From a virus (taxonomy: Duplodnaviria; Caudoviricetes): 41,021 nt of DNA. The stretch covers positions 1 through 41,021 of the IMG/VR virus record IMGVR_UViG_3300048599_000828, one strand, 5' to 3'. The notes below the pieces were generated by a model, which worked only from the letters and a program-made list of their open reading frames with translations, was not told the DNA's origin and did no database searches. The position numbers and the translations under genes are program-made. Below, piece by piece: positions 24,616-35,100 of the stretch (position 1 is the stretch's first letter; every line of letters begins with the position of its first letter).

Positions 24616-25617
24616 ATGGCCAGCCCCCGAACTGCCATCAACCGCTTCGACCTCTCGCTGAGCTATAGCGAGTTTTCCCTCCGCGCCAACCGTCGGGGCT
24701 TCATCGGCCTCAGGGTTTTGCCGGCCGTCGGCGTGGCGCTGCAAGCGGCAGCCTTCCTCCGCGTGAAGATCGCCAGCGTCCTCGGCCCGATCGAGGACAC
24801 CAAGCGGGCCCCCAAGGGGACCTACCCCCGCTCGGACTACGAGTGGGATGATGACAGCTACAAGACCGATGACCACGGCGTGGAGGAGGTCGTCGACGAT
24901 CGGACGATCAAGATGTATGGCAACGAAATCCGGGCCGAGCAGATCCACACCGAGCGGGCCATTAACCGCGTTCTCCAGGCCTATGAGCAGGCCTGCGCCA
25001 ACGCGGTTTTTGACACGGCGCGGTGGACCGGATCGTCGCTGACGACGAGCGTCGCCGTCCCCTGGACCACCAAAGCCACGGCAACTCCGATCGACAACAT
25101 CGACGCGGCGATCGACGCGGTCGTCACATCCTGCGGGCGGAAGCCGAACACCTTGATCATTCCGCACCTCGGGCTCCGCGCGCTGAAGCGGACCGCCCAG
25201 GTCGAGGACTTGCTGAAGTACTCCGGGAAGGATGACCCGAAGAACCTGGGAATCCTGACCGGCCTGCAGGAGCTGTTCGACCTGGAGAACATCCTCGTCG
25301 CCGACGGTGTGAAGAACGCCTCCGACGAGGGCCAGACGCCGAGCTTCAGCCGGTTTTGGGATCCGACCATGTGCATGGTCTGCCACGTCACCGCGAGCGA
25401 GGACCTCGAGGACCCCGAGCCGACGATCGGTCGCACGATCATGTGGAACGAGGAGAACGCCTCGATCCCCGGTGCCGGCGACACGGAAATGACCCTGATC
25501 GTCGAGGAATACCGGGAGGAGAACCGACGCGGGGGCGTGATCCGGGCCCGGTGCGACCGGCAGATCAAGATGCTCCACACCGAGGCGGGGCACCTGTTGC
25601 AGGGAATCCGCGAGTAA
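24616..25617 (+). CDS. Major capsid protein (lambda gpE-like, HK97 fold)
   Basis: 333 aa; FIGLRVLP.V.V, TKRAPKG, W....ATPIDNI, GRKPNTLII; synteny. Confidence 0.88.
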   Translation: MASPRTAINRFDLSLSYSEFSLRANRRGFIGLRVLPAVGVALQAAAFLRVKIASVLGPIEDTKRAPKGTYPRSDYEWDDDSYKTDDHGVEEVVDDRTIKMYGNEIRAEQIHTERAINRVLQAYEQACANAVFDTARWTGSSLTTSVAVPWTTKATATPIDNIDAAIDAVVTSCGRKPNTLIIPHLGLRALKRTAQVEDLLKYSGKDDPKNLGILTGLQELFDLENILVADGVKNASDEGQTPSFSRFWDPTMCMVCHVTASEDLEDPEPTIGRTIMWNEENASIPGAGDTEMTLIVEEYREENRRGGVIRARCDRQIKMLHTEAGHLLQGIRE

Positions 25618-25629
25618 GCGGGGAGAAAT

Positions 25630-26007
25630 ATGTCCTACGCCCGGGCCCTTTTCGATACCGCAGGCCTGCCCGTGCTGTTCGACCAGCACGGGCAGGCCAT
25701 GGTGTACGCCACCCCGTCCGGGGAATGCCCAATGACGATGGTTCCTGCCTCGCCGGCGACCCGGTTGGACGGCGATACCGTCGTTCCAATCGGCGTCGAT
25801 CTCTGCGACTTCCTCGTGGAGGCCGTCGAACTCGAGCAAAACGGGATCGATTCGCCGGCCAGTGGCCACGAGATCGCATGGCATCGGGGGGCTCATCGGG
25901 AGAAGTACCTTGTGGTTCCTCCATCTCCCGATCTGCGGTGCTTCGAGCGTGAGGACGCGGCCGGTCTGGTTCTGAGGATCCACGCGAAACGGATCTCCAA
26001 AGGTTAG
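25630..26007 (+). CDS. Putative head-tail joining protein
   Basis: Synteny after capsid; beta-rich; ends LRIHAKRI. Confidence 0.6.
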   Translation: MSYARALFDTAGLPVLFDQHGQAMVYATPSGECPMTMVPASPATRLDGDTVVPIGVDLCDFLVEAVELEQNGIDSPASGHEIAWHRGAHREKYLVVPPSPDLRCFEREDAAGLVLRIHAKRISKG

Positions 26008-26009
26008 CG

Positions 26010-26453
26010 ATGCTCTCGATCGTCGACATCACGACCGCGATTGCCGCGGAGCTCGCCGGCCACCAGTTCGGCAAGCTGATGGTGGTCGAGCGCACCTACG
26101 AGCCGGAACACGGCCTCGAGGAGCTCCGTACCGCCCGGCTGATTGTCGTTCCCCGGAGCGACAAGACGTCGGTTGCTACCCGCGAGGCCGACCAGTCGGA
26201 TTACGAAATCGACATCGCGATTCAGGCGAAGCTCGCGAAGCAAGGGGCCGAGCTCACAACCGAAATCGATGGTTGGATGGCGGTCGCCGACCAGGTCAAG
26301 CGGTTCGTCAACCGGCTCCGGCCGTCGACGGCCACCGGCGCGAAGGTCGTTCAGGTCGTGAACAAGCCGATTTACGATTGGGACCACCTTCGCAACTCCG
26401 GCGTGTTCACGTCCGTTATCACGGCCACCGTCCGTGTAGTGAGGGCCGCATGA
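26010..26453 (+). CDS. Putative tail terminator / neck protein
   Basis: Synteny; YEIDIAIQAKL, FTSVITAT. Confidence 0.55.
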   Translation: MLSIVDITTAIAAELAGHQFGKLMVVERTYEPEHGLEELRTARLIVVPRSDKTSVATREADQSDYEIDIAIQAKLAKQGAELTTEIDGWMAVADQVKRFVNRLRPSTATGAKVVQVVNKPIYDWDHLRNSGVFTSVITATVRVVRAA

Positions 26454-26917
26454 TGTTCGGAGCAACCGTCAAACGCGTGTTCTGGGAATCGGCAGGTGTC
26501 GTGAAGGCCTTCGACCAGGCCACGCGCAGGGTCCTCGGACGATTCGGCGCCGGAACCCGTAGGGCGGCCCTGGCCGAGATCAAGGAAGCCCCGCCGGACG
26601 TCCACGCGCCGGCTGGATCCGCCCCGTTCTCCCACCGGGCGGCCGTGCGTCGCGTGATCAACGCCCGCCGCAAGGCGTCCGGGAAGCCGAAGGCCCGGGG
26701 ACTCTTTGGAGGTCTCCGGTTCATCCTGTACGCGCTAGACCCGTCGGCCAGGTCGGTCGTGATCGGCCCGGCCAGCAACCGCACGCGTTCCATCACAATC
26801 CCCGAGATCCTCGAGGAGGGCCGCCTCGAGGTTCCCAAGCACCCGTTCATGGGGCCCGCGTTCGAACAGCAGAAAACCCGGCTGCCGTCCCTTTGGGCCG
26901 GAAGCCTCAGCAAGTAG
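26450..26917 (+). CDS. Putative tail completion protein (HK97 gp10-like)
   Basis: Basic protein with LEEG...HPFMGPAF motif; ATGA overlap. Confidence 0.6.
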   Translation: MMFGATVKRVFWESAGVVKAFDQATRRVLGRFGAGTRRAALAEIKEAPPDVHAPAGSAPFSHRAAVRRVINARRKASGKPKARGLFGGLRFILYALDPSARSVVIGPASNRTRSITIPEILEEGRLEVPKHPFMGPAFEQQKTRLPSLWAGSLSK

Positions 26918-26929
26918 GAGAAGTGAGCC

Positions 26930-27379
26930 ATGGCAGAAGGCGACGGCTGGAAACTGGGAATCGAGGGCACGCTCTATTGCGGGCCGTCCGGGTCAACCCC
27001 GACGACGAAGCTCGAAGGGATTTGCTCCGACCTGACGCTGAACCTCGATCCGATCAAGGCAAGCGCGCGCGTTCGCGAGGTTGCGTTCAACCTCACGAAG
27101 GTCGTGGCGTTTGATGCCTCGATCGAATTCGACATGATACGCGACTCGGCGAACACGCAATGGGCGGCGATTTGGACAGCGTTCACTACGCGGGCACCGC
27201 TGGCGTTCAAGCTGGAAGGTGCTGGCGGCGTGAAGTTCGACGCGGACTTCGCGATCGGCATCACGATCAAACAGCCCGAAGGCGGGTTTGAGACCGCCAC
27301 CGTGTCGATTTGGCCGGCGTACCACGCAACCCACAAGCCGACATTCTCACCGGCGGAATCCGGCGGCGGCGGAACCTGA
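26930..27379 (+). CDS. Putative tail tube protein
   Basis: AGGAG RBS; LGIEGTLY...SDLTLNL...ASIEFDMI; precedes chaperone and tape measure. Confidence 0.7.
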   Translation: MAEGDGWKLGIEGTLYCGPSGSTPTTKLEGICSDLTLNLDPIKASARVREVAFNLTKVVAFDASIEFDMIRDSANTQWAAIWTAFTTRAPLAFKLEGAGGVKFDADFAIGITIKQPEGGFETATVSIWPAYHATHKPTFSPAESGGGGT

Positions 27380-27399
27380 TCGACTCGAAAGGATAGGCC

Positions 27400-27891
27400 T
27401 TGAAGACGTTCAATGACTCCAGAGGCCGCGAGTGGATGCTTGCGGTCACGATCGGATCCGCGAAGCGGGTCCGCGACCTGCTGCAGGTCGACCTGTTGCG
27501 TCCGAACGAAGGCGAGCCGGTTCTAGTGGGCCGGCTCAATACCGACGTTGCGGCGCTGATCGACGTGATCTTCGCGCTCGTCAAGCCCCAGGCGGATGAG
27601 CGCGGAGTCACCGACGTGGACTTCGCCGAGGCCCTGGACGGCCAGGCCGCATACGACGCCTGGCTCGGTTTTATGGAGGACTGGCGGGGTTTTTTCCAGA
27701 AACTCCGCCGCGACGACCTGGCGACGATGATCGACAGGACGATCGCGTTGGTCCGAAAGGCCGTCGAGTTCCAGGACAACCTGGTCGACCGCGAGGCGGA
27801 GAAGATGGAGCGGACCCTCGGCGCGATGGGTGGACCTGGTCAGACGTCTGGAAGTACGCCGGCCGAGCGGGAATCGACGCCAACGGGCTGA
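27400..27891 (+). CDS. Tail assembly chaperone (gpG-like)
   Basis: MKTFNDSRGREW start (TTG); lies between tube and tape measure; contains slippery GGGTTTTTTC. Confidence 0.72.
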   Translation: MKTFNDSRGREWMLAVTIGSAKRVRDLLQVDLLRPNEGEPVLVGRLNTDVAALIDVIFALVKPQADERGVTDVDFAEALDGQAAYDAWLGFMEDWRGFFQKLRRDDLATMIDRTIALVRKAVEFQDNLVDREAEKMERTLGAMGGPGQTSGSTPAERESTPTG

Positions 27892-28145
27892 CGCTCCGGG
27901 AGCTCGTTTGGGCTCACGACGGCCGCCGGGACGCCGAATGGGAGGTCGCGGGGCGGTTGATATGGCATCTGTACGACGCCGCACCGTTCCGCTCCGGGCC
28001 GCTCCGCGCAAAACCGGAAGACTTCTACCCATACCGCACTGAACGCCGACACAAGCAACCGCTCCCGAAGCTCGACGACGACGCGTTTCTAACCAGTCTG
28101 TTTGGGATCCGAGGCAAGTCTGATGGTCAGCAGCGGAGCAATTAG
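27687..28145 (+). CDS. gpT-like extension reached by -1 frameshift
   Basis: The -1 frame is open 27600-28145 and encodes WKYAGRAGIDANGLTLRELVW...PEDFYPY; slippery site at 27687-27696. Confidence 0.6.
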   Translation, partial: GFFPETPPRRPGDDDRQDDRVGPKGRRVPGQPGRPRGGEDGADPRRDGWTWSDVWKYAGRAGIDANGLTLRELVWAHDGRRDAEWEVAGRLIWHLYDAAPFRSGPLRAKPEDFYPYRTERRHKQPLPKLDDDAFLTSLFGIRGKSDGQQRSN

Positions 28146-30102
28146 GGCCGGCCGTGCGTTCGTTGAGTTGTTCTCTGACGATTCGAAGCTGGTCCGTGGA
28201 CTGAAAGCAGCCGGCAGCAAAGTCAAGGCCTGGGGCGAATCGATCGCGTCTGTGGGCCGCCGGATGGCCCTCCTCGGCACCGGGACCCTCGGCGGCCTGT
28301 TCGCGGCGGCCAAGGCCGCGGCCAGCCTCGGCGGCAGCCTGGCCGATATGGCCGGCCGTACGGGCTTGTCGGTGGAAGCGATCCAGGAGCTCGACTACGC
28401 GGCCAAGATGACCGGGGCGTCGACTGAGGACCTCGAGGCCGGCGTCCGCAAGATGCAAAAGACGATCGCCGAGGCCGCGTCGGGGAGCCAGTCGGCACAG
28501 GAGGCCCTCTCCGCGTTGGGGCTCACGGCCGACAGTCTGGCCGGCATGACACCCGATCAACAATTCGAGGCCCTGGCCGACCGCCTGGACAAGATCGACG
28601 ACCCGGCCAGGAAGGCCGCCGCGACGATGGAAATCTTCGGCAAGTCGGGGACAAAGCTCCTGCCGATGATGGCCGGCGGGGCCGCCGCGGTCGAGAAGTT
28701 CCGCCAGCAGGCCCGCGAGCTCGGCCTGGTTCTCAGTTCGGAGGACGTCGAGGCGGCCGACAAGTTCGGCGACACGCTCGACACCGTCTGGGGGTCGCTC
28801 AAGATCGGTTTCGCCCGTATCGGCGTCGCGTTGTTGCCGGCGTTGACCGAGCTCGCCGGCAAGGTGCTCGAGGTCTCGGCGAAGGTCGGGGCCTGGATCG
28901 CCCGAAACCGGGGGCTGATCGTTTCGGTCGCCAAGATCGCCGCGGCTGTCACTGGGGCCGGCGCCGCAGTCTTCGCGGTCGGTAAGCTGTTTGTGGGCGT
29001 TGGGCTCGGGATCCGCGCCGTGGCGACGGTCTTCTCCGGGGTCGGATCGGTTCTGAAGTTCGTTGCTCCCATGTTCGCCGCCATGGTTTCGCCCGTTGGC
29101 CTGGTCGCGGCCGCGGTGGCTGGCGCAACAGGGGCGGTCGTCTATTTCAGTGGCGCCGGCGGCCGACTCCTCGCCTCATTGTCGAACGCCTTCGCAACGC
29201 TGAAGGATGACGCAACGCAGGCGTTCGGAGCGATCGCGAACGCGCTCCGATCGGGCGACATGGGATCGGCCGCCAAGGTCGCAATTGCGCTCGTCGAGCT
29301 CGAGTTGACCCGGGCCAAGACATTCTTCACCGGTCTGATGGATGGGTTTTCGAGTATCGCGGAAGGTGCCTGGAATGACATCGCGGACTTCACCACACGC
29401 ATCTGGTTCGGGATGATCTCGGAAATGGCGAAGGGCCTGGCCGAGTTCCAGTCGTCGTTTTCCCTGATGTTGAACGATCTCCGATCCGGTACGGCGGACC
29501 TGTTTGACCGCGCCTCGGTCGGCCTGGCGAAACAGTTCGTCGATCTCAAGTACGCAATGGGCCTCGGCTCGGGCGACAAGGAAGACGAGAAACGGACGAT
29601 CGACCGGACGGCGGAATACCTCAAGGGGAAGCGCGAGCAGGTATTCGCCCAGGAGAGCCAAGCCAGCGAACAGCATCGGCAGGAGGTGATCGCCGACGCC
29701 GATCGGTTCGCGGAGAGGTCCGGCCGCCCCAAGGAAGAGCCGGCCGTCGAGCCGTTTTCGGACGCCTGGGGAAAATCGATCCGCGATGAAGCGGCCAAGA
29801 TCCGCGGCGCCAGCGAGCTCGCCGAGGCTCAGCGGAAGTATCAAGAGGCCATCGCCGAGGCGGGCCGCAAGTCGGCCAGCAACGCCATGTTGCCCGGCGC
29901 CAGGGGTACGCCGGCGTTCGAAGGCGTCGACACGATGGGCCTCTCCAAGACCTCGACGTCCGGAACGTTCACCGGGGCCGCCCTTTGGGGGTTCGGGTCG
30001 GGTTCCCCAGTTGTGAGCCGACTGGACGCGATCGCGGCCAACACGGCCAAGACCGCGCGGGCGATCGAGCGGGCCGGCGAAAACGGGAATTGGGACCAAT
30101 GA
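28123..30102 (+). CDS. Tail tape measure protein
   Basis: AIRAGRAFVEL start; DMAGRTGLSVEAIQEL; MEIFGKSGTKLLPM; Ala-rich helical, central hydrophobic stretch; 659 aa. Confidence 0.92.
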   Translation: MVSSGAIRAGRAFVELFSDDSKLVRGLKAAGSKVKAWGESIASVGRRMALLGTGTLGGLFAAAKAAASLGGSLADMAGRTGLSVEAIQELDYAAKMTGASTEDLEAGVRKMQKTIAEAASGSQSAQEALSALGLTADSLAGMTPDQQFEALADRLDKIDDPARKAAATMEIFGKSGTKLLPMMAGGAAAVEKFRQQARELGLVLSSEDVEAADKFGDTLDTVWGSLKIGFARIGVALLPALTELAGKVLEVSAKVGAWIARNRGLIVSVAKIAAAVTGAGAAVFAVGKLFVGVGLGIRAVATVFSGVGSVLKFVAPMFAAMVSPVGLVAAAVAGATGAVVYFSGAGGRLLASLSNAFATLKDDATQAFGAIANALRSGDMGSAAKVAIALVELELTRAKTFFTGLMDGFSSIAEGAWNDIADFTTRIWFGMISEMAKGLAEFQSSFSLMLNDLRSGTADLFDRASVGLAKQFVDLKYAMGLGSGDKEDEKRTIDRTAEYLKGKREQVFAQESQASEQHRQEVIADADRFAERSGRPKEEPAVEPFSDAWGKSIRDEAAKIRGASELAEAQRKYQEAIAEAGRKSASNAMLPGARGTPAFEGVDTMGLSKTSTSGTFTGAALWGFGSGSPVVSRLDAIAANTAKTARAIERAGENGNWDQ

Positions 30103-30914
30103 CAGAATTCGCCTTCCAGGAAAGACCAGACAGCCGGACACGCACCTACGGCGGGGACAGCCCGTCGGGCGTGTTGCGTTATTGGTGCCAGGGGCCGACC
30201 GTCGAGGCCGACGTCTACGCCGCGGCGATCTCGCGGGCGCCGACGGTGTGGGACGGCCTGGTGCGGCAGACGTTCCAGATTGATCCGCAAGGCCTGGACT
30301 TTTGGTACATCGACGTTTCCTACGGCAAGCGAAGGCCGGCCACCTATGGCGATTGGAAGTTCACTTGGGACACCACGGGGGGCCGACAGCACATCACCCA
30401 GAGCATTGAGACCGTCCATAAGGTGGCCATCCAGGGCCGAACGCCGACGGACCACGGCGGGGCGATCGGCGTCAGCAGTGATTCCGTCGACGGTTGCGAG
30501 ATCGTGGTCCCCGCGTTCCAGTTCTCGATCATTTACTACTGGGATCCGTCGGTCCTGTCGATGGCCTACGCCCGCATCACGCGATCCGTGACGGGGAAAC
30601 GGAATACCGCGAAGTTCTGGGGCTGGGCCGCGGGCGACGTTCTCTTCCTGGGGTCGGTCGGGAACATCGAAGGCAATTCCGCGGGCACAACACCGATTCA
30701 GGTCGAGTACCGGTTCGCGGCCGAGGAGGGCGTCACGCAGACCGTTGCCGGGATGCAGGTCGTCAAGGAAGCGAACCATTACACCTGGTTCGAGTACCAG
30801 GACAAGAAGGACGCCGCGTCAAAGCGGATCGCAAAGCGCCCCGTCGCCGCGTACACCGAGCGGGTATACCGCGACGCCGATTACTCCGTCCTGGGCCTCG
30901 GCAATGGGGGCTAG
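30099..30914 (+). CDS. Putative distal tail protein
   Basis: ATGA overlap directly after tape measure; aromatic, beta-rich. Confidence 0.6.
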   Translation: MTEFAFQERPDSRTRTYGGDSPSGVLRYWCQGPTVEADVYAAAISRAPTVWDGLVRQTFQIDPQGLDFWYIDVSYGKRRPATYGDWKFTWDTTGGRQHITQSIETVHKVAIQGRTPTDHGGAIGVSSDSVDGCEIVVPAFQFSIIYYWDPSVLSMAYARITRSVTGKRNTAKFWGWAAGDVLFLGSVGNIEGNSAGTTPIQVEYRFAAEEGVTQTVAGMQVVKEANHYTWFEYQDKKDAASKRIAKRPVAAYTERVYRDADYSVLGLGNGG

Positions 30915-30916
30915 GG

Positions 30917-32101
30917 ATGGCGATCAACAAGGTCTTTCCAGGCGATCCGCGCGGCCGGCCCAGCGCCAGGGCCCATAACGAGCTCGTCGACGCGATCGCG
31001 ACGCTCCGGCAACTCCCCACGGGCGGCGCCGGCCAGGCCAGCCCGCCGCGGCGATCGAGCGGGTTTATCCGCGTCCAGAACGCCACGGGCGGCGATCGCG
31101 ACCGCGGCCAGGTCGTCGGCCTCGAGGCCCCGCTATTCAAGCCCAGCGACGACGAGGACGCATTTCTCGAGCGGGTCCAGTTCGTCGGGGTCGCGGCCGA
31201 CGCCGAGATACACGGGAGCAAGTTCGCGATTCTCCTCGAGCCCCTGGCGGCCGACGATGTCGGATGGGCGGCCGTCTCCGGGGTGGTGCCCGCGTTGATC
31301 TCGGTTGGCGACGAGGGTCACAGCTTCGCCGAGCTCGGGAGCGACGCCCCGAAGCTACTCAAGAGCTCCGGATCCGGACCGGTGCGGATCCTCTGGAAAG
31401 AGACCGGTAAAGGAACCAAGAAGGCGTACGTCTACTTGGGGCCGACCGCCGATTCCGGATTCCGAATCAGGAACGAGACCGGGAAGGATCTCGAGCTCGG
31501 CCAGGTCGTCGGGATCGACTATCCGATTCACCACCCCGGCACCGACCGCACACGGCGGCCGGCGTACTTCGACGACTACGACACCGACGACGTCCGCAAG
31601 ATCGACCTGTTCGAGCAGGACGCCGGCGACATGGTCGGCGTCAAGCCGGCGGCAAGGCACGTCGGGCGGTTCGCGATCACGTCGGCCGCGATCAAGAAGT
31701 GGGAGACCGGCCCGGCCGTGGCATCCGGCGTGGCGATTTGCAAGGTCACGTTCCCGCGAAACGGGCAGTTCGAATTCGCGGACGTCAGCAGGGAACGGCC
31801 AACGGTCGAGTCCTTAACCGCGTGCCCAGTGGGCGCGGCGCAGATCCTTTGGGCCGGCTCGCCGTGGGCGATCGTCCGAGTCGGCTCGAAGGTGCAACAG
31901 GGCTTCCGGGGAATCCTGCTCGGCAAGCTTGAGATGGGCAAGTCGGCCCGGGTGCAACTCCTGCGTGATGGCATGGTGATCGAGGCGTTCGACCACATGC
32001 TCGTGCGCGGCGAATCGATGGAGAAGGACACGAAAGTTTGGTTGGGTGTTGAGGACGGAATTTACTACGTGGTTGAGGGCTCTTGCCCCGCCGACGATTA
32101 A
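30917..32101 (+). CDS. Putative tail tip protein with internal domain duplication
   Basis: SARAHNELVDAI start; two copies of GF.(V/I).N.TG.D...GQVVG...FAI....AV(A)SGV...ILW. Confidence 0.65.
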   Translation: MAINKVFPGDPRGRPSARAHNELVDAIATLRQLPTGGAGQASPPRRSSGFIRVQNATGGDRDRGQVVGLEAPLFKPSDDEDAFLERVQFVGVAADAEIHGSKFAILLEPLAADDVGWAAVSGVVPALISVGDEGHSFAELGSDAPKLLKSSGSGPVRILWKETGKGTKKAYVYLGPTADSGFRIRNETGKDLELGQVVGIDYPIHHPGTDRTRRPAYFDDYDTDDVRKIDLFEQDAGDMVGVKPAARHVGRFAITSAAIKKWETGPAVASGVAICKVTFPRNGQFEFADVSRERPTVESLTACPVGAAQILWAGSPWAIVRVGSKVQQGFRGILLGKLEMGKSARVQLLRDGMVIEAFDHMLVRGESMEKDTKVWLGVEDGIYYVVEGSCPADD

Positions 32102-32114
32102 CAAGGATGCGACG

Positions 32115-35100
32115 ATGGTGAACGTGAATCATTGGATCGGTGGGGCCCCGGCGGTTGCGACGAAGGACGAAGTCAAGTTTCCGCTCAACGTGCAACCGGG
32201 GACTGTGATTACCGTCGGGGTGGGAGGACAGTACATCAGCCACACCGCGCTGTCAGCGTCCGACCACGACGCAGCCGTGGCCGTTGCCGCGGCCTGGAAC
32301 AACTCCCCGGCGGCGCAGATCTCCAAGAGCTACGCGATTGTCAGCGATACCGGCGTCGAATTTACGGCCAAGGAAGCCGGGGCGGCTTACGGTCCCATCA
32401 CGGGGTCCGTTTCTGGCGTCGCGGTCGGGCCGAGCAACGAGCAGCAGTTGATTGTTTTGCCACCCGAGAAGTATTTCGGGACGTTCCAACTCGTATTTTC
32501 CGGGTCGACAACCGCCTCTCTCACGTTCAGCGCGACCGCCGGCCAGGTCCAGGCGGCCCTCGAGGCAATCCCGTCGATCGGCGCCGGGAATGTGACCGTC
32601 TCCGCGACCGCGGGCGGTGCACTTCTCGTTGGTTTTCAGGGGGGGCTCGCGGCGAAGAATCTGCCCATGATGACGATCGTGTCTTTCATGCGGGGCCTGT
32701 CGCCGGTGATCGCAACCGAGGTCGAAAAGGGTGGCTATGGCGTCGACCATGTCCTCGAAATGACGGTCGGATCAACGATCGACGGAGGACAATATGCGTT
32801 CGAGTTCGAGGGGAAGCGGTCGGGTTACATCCCTTGGAATTCGCCGGCCGCCACGGTCCAGGCGACGCTTGAGGGAATTTCGACGATCGGGACCGGCAAC
32901 ATCCAGGTGAGCGACGGGGCGACCGGCGGAAAATTCGTGATCACGTTCACGGGCACACTGGGGCACCAGTTGCCGCCGACACTGATCGCCGACACTGACC
33001 TCGACGAGGTCCCGGGGATCGATATCTATCAGATCTCCGAAGGCCGGGATAACGCGACCGAGAAAGACCGGATTACGGTCAACACGGCCGGAGTCGTGGC
33101 GGGAACCTGGTGGATCGATTTTAACGGCGAGTCGACGGTGGGAATGAACGTTAACGCGGCGGCATCGGACGTCAAGGCGGCCCTCGTCGGCCTGGCGTCG
33201 ATCGGCGCGTCGGACGTGGACGTCACCGATGCGGGAACCAGGGACTATGTAATCACGTTCAGCGACACCGGCGGGTGGGCGAACACGGTCATGCCGGCGT
33301 TGATTCCTCGAGCGGCGTGGTCGATCGACGACGTGCTGCTGGCAACCCAGTCACAGATCGGAATGGCCGGCACCAACGAGCTACAGCACATCTGGGTCAG
33401 TGGGTACAACTCGGGGACGTTCACCATCTCGCATGGCGGCGGAACAACCTCTGCGATCACATGGAACGCGACGGCCGCCACGGTCAAGGCGGCGCTCGGG
33501 GCGTTGAGCTCGATTGGCGGGGCGGCCAATGTCGACATCACGTCGCCGACGGTGGGGCAGTGGTACGTGGGGTTCCAGAATGGCCGATCTAGCCGGCCGA
33601 TGGACCTGATCGCCATCAACTCCGGAGGGTTACTGTGGGCCGTGCCGGCAAGCGTAGACGACAAGCAAGACGGGACCGCAGATGCCCACCCTCAGTTCCA
33701 TGCGGGGGTCGGCAACAACCCGACTGGTGGCACATGGAAGATTTCGACGAATTACGGCGACACGCCACCCATTCCATATACTTCCACCTCGGGGGAAATC
33801 GTTTCGGCGCTCGAATCAGTGTTCGGGTCTGGAAACGTCACGTTTAACGAATCCCTGTTCTTTTACGAGATCAATCTCGGAATCTACGTAACGGCCCAGG
33901 CAGTCGACATTGACCTCCAAGGAGGATACCCGGCACCGGAGCCCTATATTGCTAACCTTGTCAACGGACATCCGCCGCAAAATGAGCTCCGATCTCTAAA
34001 GCTCGGGACATGCGACGGTGGAACCTACTCCCTGACGTTCAATGGATACACCACGGCCGCGCTGCCGCACTCCGCAGGAAACTCCGCCATCGAGTCTGCG
34101 CTCCAGGGGATCACATCGATCGGTGCGGGAAACGTCGGCGTCTACACCCTGTATGGATCGTCCGAACGCGTGATCGAATTCTGCGGATCAAAAGCCGCGC
34201 AGGACATCACGCAGCCGATCACCGTCAACAACCACCTGACCTATAGCGGCGCCGGCTCGCGCGCGTCGACCAGGCGGATCAAGGAAGGGAAGCTCGGAGA
34301 CGACTGCATCCAGAAGCTCGCCTATCAGACACTCCCGGCCGGCGGGACCTATAGCCTCACCTTCATGGGCCAGACCACGACCGGGATTGCCTACAGCGCG
34401 GAGGATTCGGCGGTTCAGTCTGCCATCGAGGCGTTGCCGACAATCGGAGTCGGGAACGTGTCGGTAACGGGTTCCATGTCGGGCGGGTGGTACTGTCGGT
34501 TTACCGGCGACAAGGCGTCGACTCCGCTCCAGACGTTCGCGGTCCACGACGAGACGATCGTGTGCTCGCAACCCGCCCCGACGGTACAACAGTTGATTCG
34601 CGGACAAAACGGCCAGCCTGAAACGCAATCCGTACGCCTGGCCGACGGCGTCACGTCGGGCACCTGGACGCTCGGGTTCAATGGTCACACGACGGTCCCG
34701 CTCGCCTATTCCGCGAGTGCGTCGACCGTGACGGCGGCACTGGAAAGCCTGCCCGACATCGAGGGGGGAAACGTGTCGGTCTCCGGCGGCCCGGCCAACG
34801 TCGATCGGATGATCGTTACCTGGATCGGAACCGAGTCCGGGAAACCACAGGAATTGCTCACGTGGGAAAGTCACCTCCGCCGCAAGGGCAATATCCAGTT
34901 TTCCACGCTCACAATGGGAGCCAACGGGATTCCGCCGATCCAGTCGGTCACAATGCCGACCCAAGCCAGCGGCGGGTACTGGCAACTGGCATGGAAGCCG
35001 GCCGGCGCGATGCTGATCGAACAAACGTCGTGGATTCCCTACGGGGCGTCGGCCGACGACGTCAAGGCGGCGATCGAAGATTTCGATTCGATCGGGCCCG

